DNA from: Isurus oxyrinchus
Lineage: Eukaryota
NCBI GenBank assembly: GCA_026770705.1
Contig: JANJGN010000026.1
Span: forward strand, 682,001-746,000
Length of the DNA: 64,000 nt
Reading direction: 5' to 3'
In this document: piece by piece, positions 37,922 through 49,700 of the stretch
How the letters are laid out: each line of letters starts with the position of its first letter
Position numbering within the stretch: the stretch's first letter is position 1
Translations under genes and position numbers: made by a program
Notes under the pieces: model-generated
What the model saw: the letters and a program-made list of their open reading frames with translations, nothing else
What the model was told of the DNA's origin: nothing
Database searches by the model: none

Positions 37922-40816
37922 TAATTTCCAACGACATATTTTATAAGCCTCCCTAATATGAAGATTGAGGAGAAGACATGATGCATAATAATATTATTGC
38001 CGCATTAAGGAGACGAATATGTCAATAATGAAAAAAAGATGCATTGTTTCTAGATTCTGGATCTTTAGCCTAATGATCCGAAACAGATGCTGATGTGATA
38101 TCAAATCCCTGAAAGCATTGAGCATGAGTTTTCTGAAGTCACGAGACGTTTTCTCTGAGAGAAATGGTTTGCATGTCAATCTGGATCACTCTAAAGAGAT
38201 GAAGAAAGTATTGATTGCAGATTGATGGGAGATGGATCAATGTGAATAGATGATAAAATCATTTATTATGATTGCTGGGAGGTGGAATACAGTGCGGGTT
38301 GAGGAAAGCACTATCTCACAAGTATCTGAGGTTAATCACCGTGAAATGATTAGGAAAGTCTAACCTCTGAAATGATGGGAAATGGATCACTGTGGAGAAA
38401 CGAGGTAAACAGTGACTATGGAAGGAAATGAGGTGATGTGGCCGTTGGAGAGATGAAAACAAACATTGACTATGGAAGATTACTGAACAGGAACATTGTA
38501 AACAGGTGAGAAGGGAATTGACTACGGAACTAATGGAGAAACTGTTAGCTTTAAATCGATAAGCAAATGATACAAGATGAAGGTCGGTGGGCACAAAGAT
38601 CCACAATGATAGAAAAATAAATTATAGATGTCGGATTCAATTTTAGCAAATGACAACTGTTAAGGTTAGGATTAAACCGAAGAGGAAACATTATGTCAAG
38701 AAGAAGACAAAGGGAACTTTCACAGCTGGGTGCTCACCCTCCTCCGCCATTCATTCAGATTGTGGCTGATCTGTGCTTTAGCCAAGTAAGCACACCTTGC
38801 CTTCGTGTTTATTCATATGCCTAACTAACAAATTTCTGTCATACGCAGTTGTAAGCATTTAAATTGGCATTCAACCACAACATTTCTATCTCCATTTGGG
38901 CTGACGGAGAGAGTCTGAGATTGTGTCCAGACAATGTGTAATGAAGTGTTGCCTCGATTCGTCCCTGAAATACCTAACTCTACTGTTAATGTTTTTTCCA
39001 CGTTGTTGGTGTATGGTAGATTTTTGATTTTGAATTATTACGATATTAACAGCCATATCAAGTAATTATTTAAGCAAATCAATTAGATCACCCTGTAATC
39101 TTCAAGGCAACACAAGCCGAATGTGAAGATCATGCTGGCATAATTTTAACCGTTTTATGACCGGTGTCGTTCTGGTGAATCTCTGTTCCATCCCTGCACG
39201 CACTTCCTGATGTGGACTTCCCAGAACTGAACACAGTAACGAGAGCTTTGTACAACTGAGACAATACATCTGCTCCTTTCTATTCCACCTACCCCACGCC
39301 CTGGACTAATTCCAACTGTCCATTTGTTTCTTTAATTATTTGTACTTCTTTGCCAATAACTTTAAGGATTTAGTTGGAAAGCTAATTATTCGAGATGTTC
39401 CATTGTATTAATCGTCTCCTTGTTAGAAAGTAACAATCGTCTATCTTTCTTAATTTCAGACTAGATGACCTCACGTTTCCACAGCGACCTTTAACTATCA
39501 TTGTGCAAAGACTACCCCAATCCCCCATTGATTTAATTTTAGAATACCACTTGCGACTTTCTACTCTTTGCTGTGCTGCTTAAATGAGCAATGTCTGCAA
39601 ACTGAGGTGTCCGGCTCTCTATTCCATCTCAAACCGTTGACAGGCATCGCAGAAAATGTGCATCCCAATTCAGAGGCCCCCCTTCCAGAGACAATTAGCT
39701 GACAATTCTAACACTGGAAGCACTTTCCATTATTTACTAAAATCATTTCTATTCCAAGATGCCAGGTTTTCCAGTGCCTCCACATAACTGAATGTTTTAG
39801 TCCTTGTGCCATTCCAGTAATCTCATTGCTGATGTCTCCCAGACTTTACATCCTGAAGTGGAGTGCTCAGAACTGGAGACAATACTGATCTATGGTTCCT
39901 GGAATATTCCCCACCTCTAGCGCGAGGGGAGCTGGCGTGTAGGTCACTGGCATAATGTTATCCTTTTTTTTGAACAGGGTGCATCATTGATAAGCTTCCA
40001 TTCCCCTGTAACTAGACCCATGTCAAAGCAGAACTGCAACGTTGTGTCCAGACTATCTGTAATTGTAATCCGTACTTCACTAATCCGTTTTGGATGCATC
40101 CCATCCAGCTGGGTGAATTTTTCACTTTGTGCACTGGCAGAACATTAACTTCCTCCCTTGCATCTGTGTTTCTCCTCTCCGTTTTTTCTTTCCATTGCCA
40201 TCTCCTGACTGTGACATTTGCAGCGTTCTCTTCGTTCCTAACGACATCTTCAAAGTATTAACTTTGTCCCTAAATCGCCTCCTCTGCCTCCAGAACAGAG
40301 TTACCTTTCGCTTTCTAATCAACTCACCCTTACTTTGGCTACACGTTTTCTCTTTATAGCTTTGGAAAAGGCATTTAGGCTCACATTTCTATTACCCACT
40401 AATCTATAGCCAAATGCTCTTTGCCACTTTTATTTAGTTCATAGCTCTCCCTTTGTGCACTTTCTGTAACCAAACTATCGCCACTCTGAGAACCCCCCTT
40501 GTTCATTTACTGTTTTGCTTGCTTTCATTGATTTCAATCCATCCGGAGCACATCACCTTTCCATTCCCCGAAATTAACAGCACCTCCATTGAATATTTTC
40601 ACATATGATTAGTCCTTGTAAGAATCCATGTGTACTTTAAAACTAATGATATGATCATTAGATTCTCATATTATCTCTGTCTGCTACATGCTTCACCCAA
40701 TTCCTGAGAACTAGATCCGTCACTGCTTCCTTCTTTGAAGAGGGATAACATACCGTGACCATGACAACTATCTTATCCATATTGCAGCAGATCCTCCATG
40801 ACGTTTTGTTTTATAC

Positions 40817-41421
40817 CAGCCAGGACTTTCCCCTCGGCGATTTGGGGGCGTTGCCCAGTCGCCGAGGTGAAAATTATGCAGGATGACGTCGGGAGGATTC
40901 CCCGATGTCCTCCCGGTCCATTTAATTTTTTAGGAAGGCGGGTGGAGAACGAAATCAGCTGTCCACCCACCGACCTTCCAATGGGCAATTGAGGCCTTTG
41001 ACAGGCTGGTTTAAGTAATCAAAGATCTGCCCCTCCAACCTTAAGGCTGGCGGGCAGGCCAGGAGCCCGAGCGGGCTCCAGATTATTGATGAAACTTCAT
41101 CCACTGGACGGATGAAGTTTCATATCCGTATTGTAAAAGATTAATAAAGTGTATGTGGGCTTTATTAACATGTCCCATCTCGGATGACATTGTCACATGA
41201 GCGGGGCATGTTAATATTTTTTTAATGTTTCGAATTTTAAAGTGTTTGACACTGTCAGTATTCTCCCTGAGACAGAACATTGCCTCAGAGAGAAGTGACA
41301 GTTGCGGATTCCCTCCCACTTAAAATGGCGGCAGGCCTCGTTTCAGTGGCGGGGGTCGGCTGCACGCCCGCTGCCATGCTGGGGGGATCCGCCCACCATC
41401 CAAGGGCAACATCCTGCCCAC
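40817..41421. mobile_element. MITE-like insertion specific to copy B
   Basis: Absent from copy A (empty site gatactgttt near 22576-22585). Imperfect TIRs gccaggactttccc / gggcaacatcctgccc and internal hairpins. Confidence 0.8.
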
Positions 41422-43558
41422 TGTTTAATTGAGCATTGTATAATAAATGATTCCCCTATCGTCATTACGCCGAATTTCTCGCAAATTTCTGTGATGATCC
41501 TGTAATTTTGCGCTCCTCCATTTTCTTCCCACTATTTGGTGCTCTGTAGTTTACACCTAGATCCTAATAGTTTTTCTGCTATTTATCAGTTCTACTGAAA
41601 CAAATTCCATTTTTGAACTCTCAAGGACACCAACATTTTCTCATGTTTACACATCATATTTGATCAAAGCGCCACCCTCCCTCCATTTTTTCTTTCTTTA
41701 TCTTTCCTCACTACATTGCGACATGATCACAAAGTGGCCACGTCGTTCTTCATTTCATCTAGGTCTCTGTTATTGCCATTACAGCATAATGCTATGTGGC
41801 CTCTAGAGCCTGCAGTGCAATGATGTTAATTAACATTTACTGGGAATTAATATGCATAGACATAATGTGATCTTGGATTGTTTTGCAATTCTCCCTGCAT
41901 TAACCCTTCTAACTCGGAGCTGTTCTTCAATCAAATCTAATTTGTTTCTTTAAGCTCTCTCTGCATCTTTTCTCCGTCCTCTAGTTCCTCATAGGCTGTC
42001 TGGGGGTGCGCCCGCCTTCACTGCCATACTCATTTAAAGTCTCCACCACCACATGGTTAACATTCCTGCGACGGCATTGATTCCAGTCCTCTTTGTGTGC
42101 AAGGCGTCCACCTTGTACAGGTCCCAGCAACTCCTTAACTGGCCCCACTGGCCCCGTAATTTGAAGCATCTTCTGAACAGTTTCACCACACGCTCATTAG
42201 CCTGGTTTATGTTGCTGCTCTTGCACTAACTGTTCTGTAACACTGGGAATAATCGAGAGATTATTAACATGAAGGTCAGCTCTAGGTACCAAAACTAATT
42301 CGGTACCACCTAAATCCTTTCCCTACCTATACCATTGGCTGAAAAATGGGCTGTGACGTTTGGTCGTTCCCCTTCCCTTCTCAAAATCCTCTCCATCCAA
42401 TCAGTGATGTTACTGACTTTGACACTATTGAGGTAAAGTGAAACTCATGTTGCTGGTAGCAGAAGCACCGGCCAATTCCCTAGACTATCGAGTTCCCTAA
42501 GGAAATGCAATCCTCCACTTTGTGATTCACCGAAGTGTTTCAATCTGACCCATAGTGCCGTGGATGATTACCAGACAGCTCTATTCAAAGCCCTGAAAAC
42601 CGATTTGAATATGTAACAATCCTGGAGCATTCCTGCACTGTGAGCATTTCCATAACCTATCTGATGGCCAACCATTTGCTAACCTCCTGAACACTGGATC
42701 GGCAGGATGACAAACTCCTGGGATTAGTGCACTTCAGGAGATTCTCAGACCTGCAGTAGATCCAGCTGCTCCTGAATTAACATATACGTGTTGTTTGAGT
42801 TCCATTCGACCTTATGCATATTTATTATTTTTAACATGTTGTAAATATGATGTTTGTTACGAATTTTGATTTGGGTAATGTTGGTGTCCTCTACCATGGT
42901 ACCGTAAACCGAAAGCCCATTTGCTTCCTCAGGCAGAAGTAAACCATCCTATGACATTATTTCGAAGAAGGGTAGGGAAGCTCTCCCCGATGCTCTGGTA
43001 AATATTTATCACTCAATCAATATCATGAATAGGATCTGGTCATTTTAACAATGAGCTTTCTGGTAGATTGTAGTGGGCAAATCGACTGCCGGGTTCCTGC
43101 ATTATAAAAATGGTTACAGCTCAGAAGCATTTCACTGGCCAGAAAGTGTGCTGGGTGTTCTGGGGTGGTGAATAGCTCTCCATAAATGCAATTCTTCATT
43201 TTTTTAAATTAATATTTCTCTCTCTTTTCTATAATAATTTTCCAACTGTCTGTCTATTTACTTGTTCATCTATATTTTTGAATAAAGGCTAATTCCATAG
43301 ATTGCACTTGGGTTTAGACCCCTCTGCATAATCCAAAAGGAGACCGACAAATTTATACAGAGTTGGAGACAACGGATATGTCTGAAGTTGAACCAGCTGC
43401 TAAACACTAAATTTTGAACAATTACATCTTCAATTATGAACCATTTTTTGTTTCTCTCTCGCACTTGATATGTTCCACTCATCTCTCTACTTTTCCATCT
43501 CACTTTCTAACTAACCATCTCTCCACCTGTCATCTACCTGTCTATATCTGTATCTGCT

Positions 43559-43743
43559 NNNNNNNNNNNNNNNNNNNNNNNNNNNNNNNNNNNNNNNNNN
43601 NNNNNNNNNNNNNNNNNNNNNNNNNNNNNNNNNNNNNNNNNNNNNNNNNNNNNNNNNNNNNNNNNNNNNNNNNNNNNNNNNNNNNNNNNNNNNNNNNNNN
43701 NNNNNNNNNNNNNNNNNNNNNNNNNNNNNNNNNNNNNNNNNNN
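43559..43743. other. Assembly gap (185 N)
   Basis: Run of n. The paralogous site in copy A (~24700-24775) contains a short CA repeat. Confidence 0.99.
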
Positions 43744-46700
43744 GAGGATCGGGAACAAGTTCTGCTTTCACATGTAGAAAGCAATGGATAATTAGAATGT
43801 GAATTCAGTTCACATTCCAAAGTCATTTTCTCAGTCCTTATTTCCCCCGTGGCAATATAAATTTCTAACTGCACATCTGCAATATAGATTGCGAACATTC
43901 ACTATTAGGAAGTGATTACACACAGAAACTAATAACAATGTTTTTTTCTCTTAGCATGCCCTTCCTCTCTGACAATGCTGTAGATCGCAGTCTATACTGC
44001 AAACAACACCACTTCTCTCCTCCCGAAACTGAACAAATTTAACCATTTAGCGACAATATTGTCCATGTAACATCAACGTAATTTTTCAATCTTATGTCAT
44101 GATCCATGATATTAAAATGGAAGGTAAGTAAGTATATACTTAACTTGTGAGATGATACTGCAAAACAATTCACTGGATTTCGAAGGAACAGAGGAGAGCA
44201 TATGTACAATCACTGACAATACTAACCAAGAGGGTGCATTATACTTTGAGCAGAACATGGCATTGCAATAAAAAAGTAGCTTAATTTAGCTTGCGGATAA
44301 ATGAATGACAATTTATTTGCTCGTAAATACCATGTGAGTACCGGCTTTTTGAGTGTAGGGATAATCAACGGTAATAAACTGGAAATGGGAAAGTTCTGAA
44401 CAGATACACACGAATAAAGGAAATTGTTGGCCAGGTCAATATTTCATTAAAAGCTAGCGGGTGATCAAAAATAATAATGCAATGGTGTTTTTTCTGATCC
44501 AAAGATATTAAGTAAGCAACAATTTTTAAAGAAGCGCCAATCACATCTCATTTGAAACCCAACAATCAGATCAGAGGAACAGCAGATGGATAAGTTAGGT
44601 GTGCTAGGTGTCAAGCAATGATTCACGAGTATCTTCATGTTTATTTCTGAAAATTGTATAATTTTTGCTGGGTATTTAAAATCAGATAATAAATTATTCA
44701 CTTTTCATTCATAAATTATGAAGACACATGGCAAGTGAGATTTTCTGTACTTAGGGTTATGAATGTTAATTGTGGGGAGTAATTACCAAAACCCAGAAAA
44801 CTCCCTATCTATCACGATAGTTATCCATAGTATTGTTGTTGTCGTTATTGTTGTGTACCCCGGAATTTCCAGTTGAATTGAACATCATCTCTCATTTCGT
44901 TACTCACTGGTTTTAATGTTATGCTTTTTTTCACTGCAGGTGAAATAGCAGCTGCTTCACCAGAGGGCACTTCAGCTTTATATTCAAACTTTGTTGGCGA
45001 AGTTCTCTTGGGGATGGATTGTGTCACTCTATCAGCGTCAGCAGCTGCTCCATTGCAGCATTTCACCTTGTGGTTGCTGCATAGTCTCAGCCAATCCATG
45101 GCAACTCTACTTAATTTACTTCTATTAGCTCATAAATTAGCGATACCTTTCTTAAGCAGCAGCGCTGAATGCAAGTTTTCATCATTACAACAACCCTGTA
45201 TGTTCAGCAAATCCCACGGAATCAATTAAAATAAATTCAGAGGAGATCCTTGAATACCGCTATGTATTAGTATTACTTTGAAAATAGTAGGCGTGTTTCC
45301 TGTTTCCGTCAATTCATGACGATTTGAAATGGAAGTTTAACAAGATTAACGCCCTTACCACGCTCGTAGATAATCCTCCATGCTTGGAGAACTTGCCCTT
45401 GATCTGGGATAAGTTATGCCTCGCCGGCAGTTACAGAAGGTCCAGTCATTCCCTATAGGAAAATAAATAACAACACATGTGAATAATCCCAAAAACACAT
45501 CGTTGAAACAAGATCTGCAGCAACAGTAAGCTTTCCTCTGGTCACCACTTCCATTAATAATTCCATTTTGTTAGGAAAGATTTTCTCTTCTGGCATTTGT
45601 TCCAGCATTTTTAATAGACCATAGCTGAATGTGCAAATGATTTAATTAGTGCTACGTAACTGAGCTAATCTTCAAAAGGTTTTGTGCATATTTTACATAC
45701 AGCACCCAGAAGAGCAGAGCATTGCATCTTCGCTTACCAACGTCATGTGAGTAACATAGACATTGATTCCTGACACAGTCGCACGGTCTTACATTCTTGT
45801 AGGGATCCAATGGAAACTAAAGGCCCACCGAACTGCTTGTCAGCTACACAGATACCTGAAACATATGTTGAAAGATAAAACTCTCGTTTCAGCGCATACT
45901 TATGAATTCCTCGGGACGTTTGTTGCTATGAGATCCCCCTCCCGCATCTCTCCAAATCAATTCCTCAAGTTCTATTTCTGGCCAAATTTCTAACATGTTT
46001 GAAGAAAATCCGTTAAGGACTGAAGACGGGAGTACCTATATCACGGAATCGCAGAATCATAATGGCACAGAAGGAGGCCATTCGGCCCATAGTGTCTGCA
46101 CCGGCTCCCCAAATGAGCATAACGACCAAGTGTCATTGTCCTGCCTTTTCCCCTACCCCTGCACATTGTTTCTATTCAAATAAATATCCGATGCACTTCT
46201 GAACCTGCATTCAACATGCTTCCACCATATTTCCAGGCAACGCATTCCAGAGCCACTCGTTGTTTGACAGCATTTTCGCTCACGTCACATTTGTCTCGTT
46301 TGCAAATCATTTTAAGTCTGTGCCTTCTCGTTCTTCATCCTTTTACGACCGGCAATAGCTTCTCCTTATCTAATCTATTCAGGTTCCTCGTGATTTTGAA
46401 CATCTCTATCCAATCTACCCTTAGCCTTCATCTCTCCAAGAAGAACAGTCACAACCTCTTAAATATATGCACAAAGCTGAAGATTCTCATCCGTGGAGCC
46501 ATTCTGGTAAACCTCTTCTGCACTTTCTCCCATGTGTTTTCATCTTCCGATAATGTTGCGCCAAGAACTGTACACAATACTCCAGCTGAGGCCTAGCGAG
46601 TGTCTTATATAAAATCAGCTGACCTCCGTCCTCTTGTACATTATGCCCTTATTAGCAAAACCCATTATACAATCTACTTTATTAACTGCTCTCTTCACCT

Positions 46701-49700
46701 GTCCAGTCATATTCAATTATCTATGCACATATAGACCCCAGGTCTTTCTCCAACTACACCCTCTTCAAAATTTTATCCCTTATTTTATACTGTCTGTACA
46801 TGTTCATCCTACAAAAGACAACACTTCACACTTCTCCATATTGAATTTCATCTGCCATCTACCTCCCCAGTCCATCAACTTGGCAATGTCCTCTTGAAGT
46901 TCAGCATTGTGCTCCTCACTGTTTACAATACCCCCGAGCTGAGCATCATCCGCAAGCGTTCAAATTCTCCCCGGCACACCAAGGTCTAGATCATTAACAT
47001 ACATCAGGAAAACCAAGGGTCCCACCGCCGACCCCTGGGGAAGTCCACTACAAATCTCCCTCCAGCCGGAAAGATATCCATTGGCCATTAGTCTCCGCCT
47101 CCTATTTTTTAAAGATAATTTTGCATGCACGTTGTTACTGTCCCTTTTATTCCATGAGTAATAACTTTTCTCACAAGTCTGCTGTTCTACATTGTATCAA
47201 ATGCCTTTTGAAATCCACGTGCACCACTTCAAAAGCATTGCCCTCATTGATTTTTTCTGTTACCTCTTCAAATAACTCCAGCAAGTTCTTTAAACACGAT
47301 TTCCCCCTTAGAAATCCATGCTGGCTCTTGCTTATCAACAAATATTTTTGCATGTGACTGCTAATTCTCTCCGTCACAATTTTTTTTCCCAGAATCTTGC
47401 CCATCAATGAAGTTAAGCTGACTGGTCTGTAATTATCTGGCTTATAATTACAGCCCTTTTTTGAACATGGGCATAATGCTTGCAATTCTCCAGCCCTTTC
47501 CATAAAACCTTGTTGCCCAAATCTAGGAGGTGAATTCTCTCCATTATACAATTTCAGACACAAACGCTGATACTTGATTTTCTCAACAGTTACGACATAA
47601 ATTGAGTGACAATTATTAGATATATGGATAGGTATTTTTTTGCATTCAGTTCGATCATGGCTGATGTGCACTTTAACTTCGGTGTTCCGCCTTTGCTCAA
47701 GATCCTTTGTAGACGTTATCTGTAACGGCAATCTTTGAGGTGATTTGTCTAAATGAAATGTTAGAAACATTGGGAATTTATGCCCATTGCTAGTCATGTG
47801 GAGATTGCATGTTCTCAACAATACATTTAATATTCATCTTTGTTTTAAATGTTTCTCCAGTTTATTACATAGTCACTATTTTATACTCTGTACACGCAAA
47901 CGTTTCGAATATAATAAAATAAGCTGTGTGAACTGAGTGTCCCGCCTTTATTTCTAACATTTGTTTTGCTTTTACACTTTGTTCAAGTTTCCGTTTGCTC
48001 CAATTATTAGATTAATGAAACTCACCCGTAAATATCATTAATTATAAAACATCAAAAATAAAAATAACGAGAGATGCAATTCAATTGAACAATGAGGTTA
48101 TTAAACCCCGTTTATTATTGCAGCTATTTAATTGACCAGAGCAACATAGGCTTGGGTGGACAAACAGAATTTGGGAAATAATCCAGACCATCTATTAGGT
48201 CTAATTATTCCACAGCATATCAGATATTTAAACACGGTCCACATATATTCTTAGTATTCACTCTTAGCAGCTATTTCTAGATAATTATTTTGTTGAATTA
48301 GCATTCATTAATTTACTGAAGTAACGCTTATGATTCAATACAGTTAGATTTATTAACTGTGTTCTGTGGGAACACGGCTTGACTTGAAAAGGCGGTTATG
48401 CAACCAGGAACGAGAGCTTAGTCCCGAAGTTGGAGCAGCTGGGAATTATTGATTTATTCATGGCCTCTGGCTAGCTAGTTATTATTGACCATCCGTAATT
48501 GCACTAGAAAGGTGGTGATGCGCCGCCTTAATGAAATCCTGTTGCCCACGAGGTTTATGTGCAAAAACATTTAGTCAGGAAGGCAGTTAGAGGGCTTTGG
48601 TCCAGCAGCAATGCTGGAACGGTGACATATTTCCAAGTCAGGGGGGTGTGGTTTGTAGGGGAACTTGTATTCGGTGGTGTTCCGTTTCATCTACAGCCTT
48701 TGTCCTTCAAGTTGGCAGAGGTCACGGGATTGTACCGTGCTCTCGATGGAGGCTTGGTGAGTTGCTGAAGGTCCTTTTGTGTTGTACGTACCGCTATCAC
48801 TACCTGTCACTGATGGAGGGAGTAAGTGTTTAAGGCGGTGGATAAGGTGCCATTGAAGGGGGCATCATCTCCTGGATGTTGCCGAGTTTCCTGAGTGCTG
48901 TTGGAGCTGTATTCATCTGGGCAAGTGGAAAATATTCTACTACAGTCCTGACTTGTGCCTTGTAGATCGTGCACACTTCTACGGGGTAATGAGATGAGTT
49001 TCTCACTGCTGAGTTCCTAGCCTGTGAACTGCTCTTTTCGCCAAATTATTCATCTGGATGGTACAGATCAGTTTCTGTCCGATAGTAATCCCCACAATGT
49101 TGATATTGGGGGGATTCGGAGATAGCCATGTCACTGATTGTCAGACGGAAATGATTAGATTCTCTCATATTGGAGATGGAAATTGCCTAATAATTGTATT
49201 GAATGAATGTTAGTTTCAACTTATCAGCCCACGTCTAAATGTTGTCCTGTTCTTCCTGCCAAAGGTCAGGAGCTGCTTCAGTATCTGGTGCGGATATTCA
49301 TGTTGAACCTTGTATAATCATCATTGAACATCCCCACTTCTGACCTTATGATGGAAGGAAGGTCACTGATGAAGCAGCGGGAGATTTATGGGCCGAGATC
49401 ACTACACATGGATCACATCCAGGAATATCCTGGGACTAAGATGACTGTCCATTAAAAATCACAATGATCTTCTTTTGTGCTAAGTATGACTCTCACCAGT
49501 TTCTCATTGACTCCAGTTTTTTTAGTGTTCCTTGATGCCACACTTGGTCACATGATGCCTTGATGTCAACAGCATTCATGTTCACCTCACCTCTTGAGTT
49601 CAATTCTCGTTCATGCTTGGATCATGAATGTAATTGCGTTCAGAACTGAGTAGCGATGATGCAACACAAACTGAGCGTCAGTGAGCACCTCTTTATGACA

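Noticed and set aside
43414-43898. ORFs containing X runs
   Set aside because: Artefacts of the N gap.
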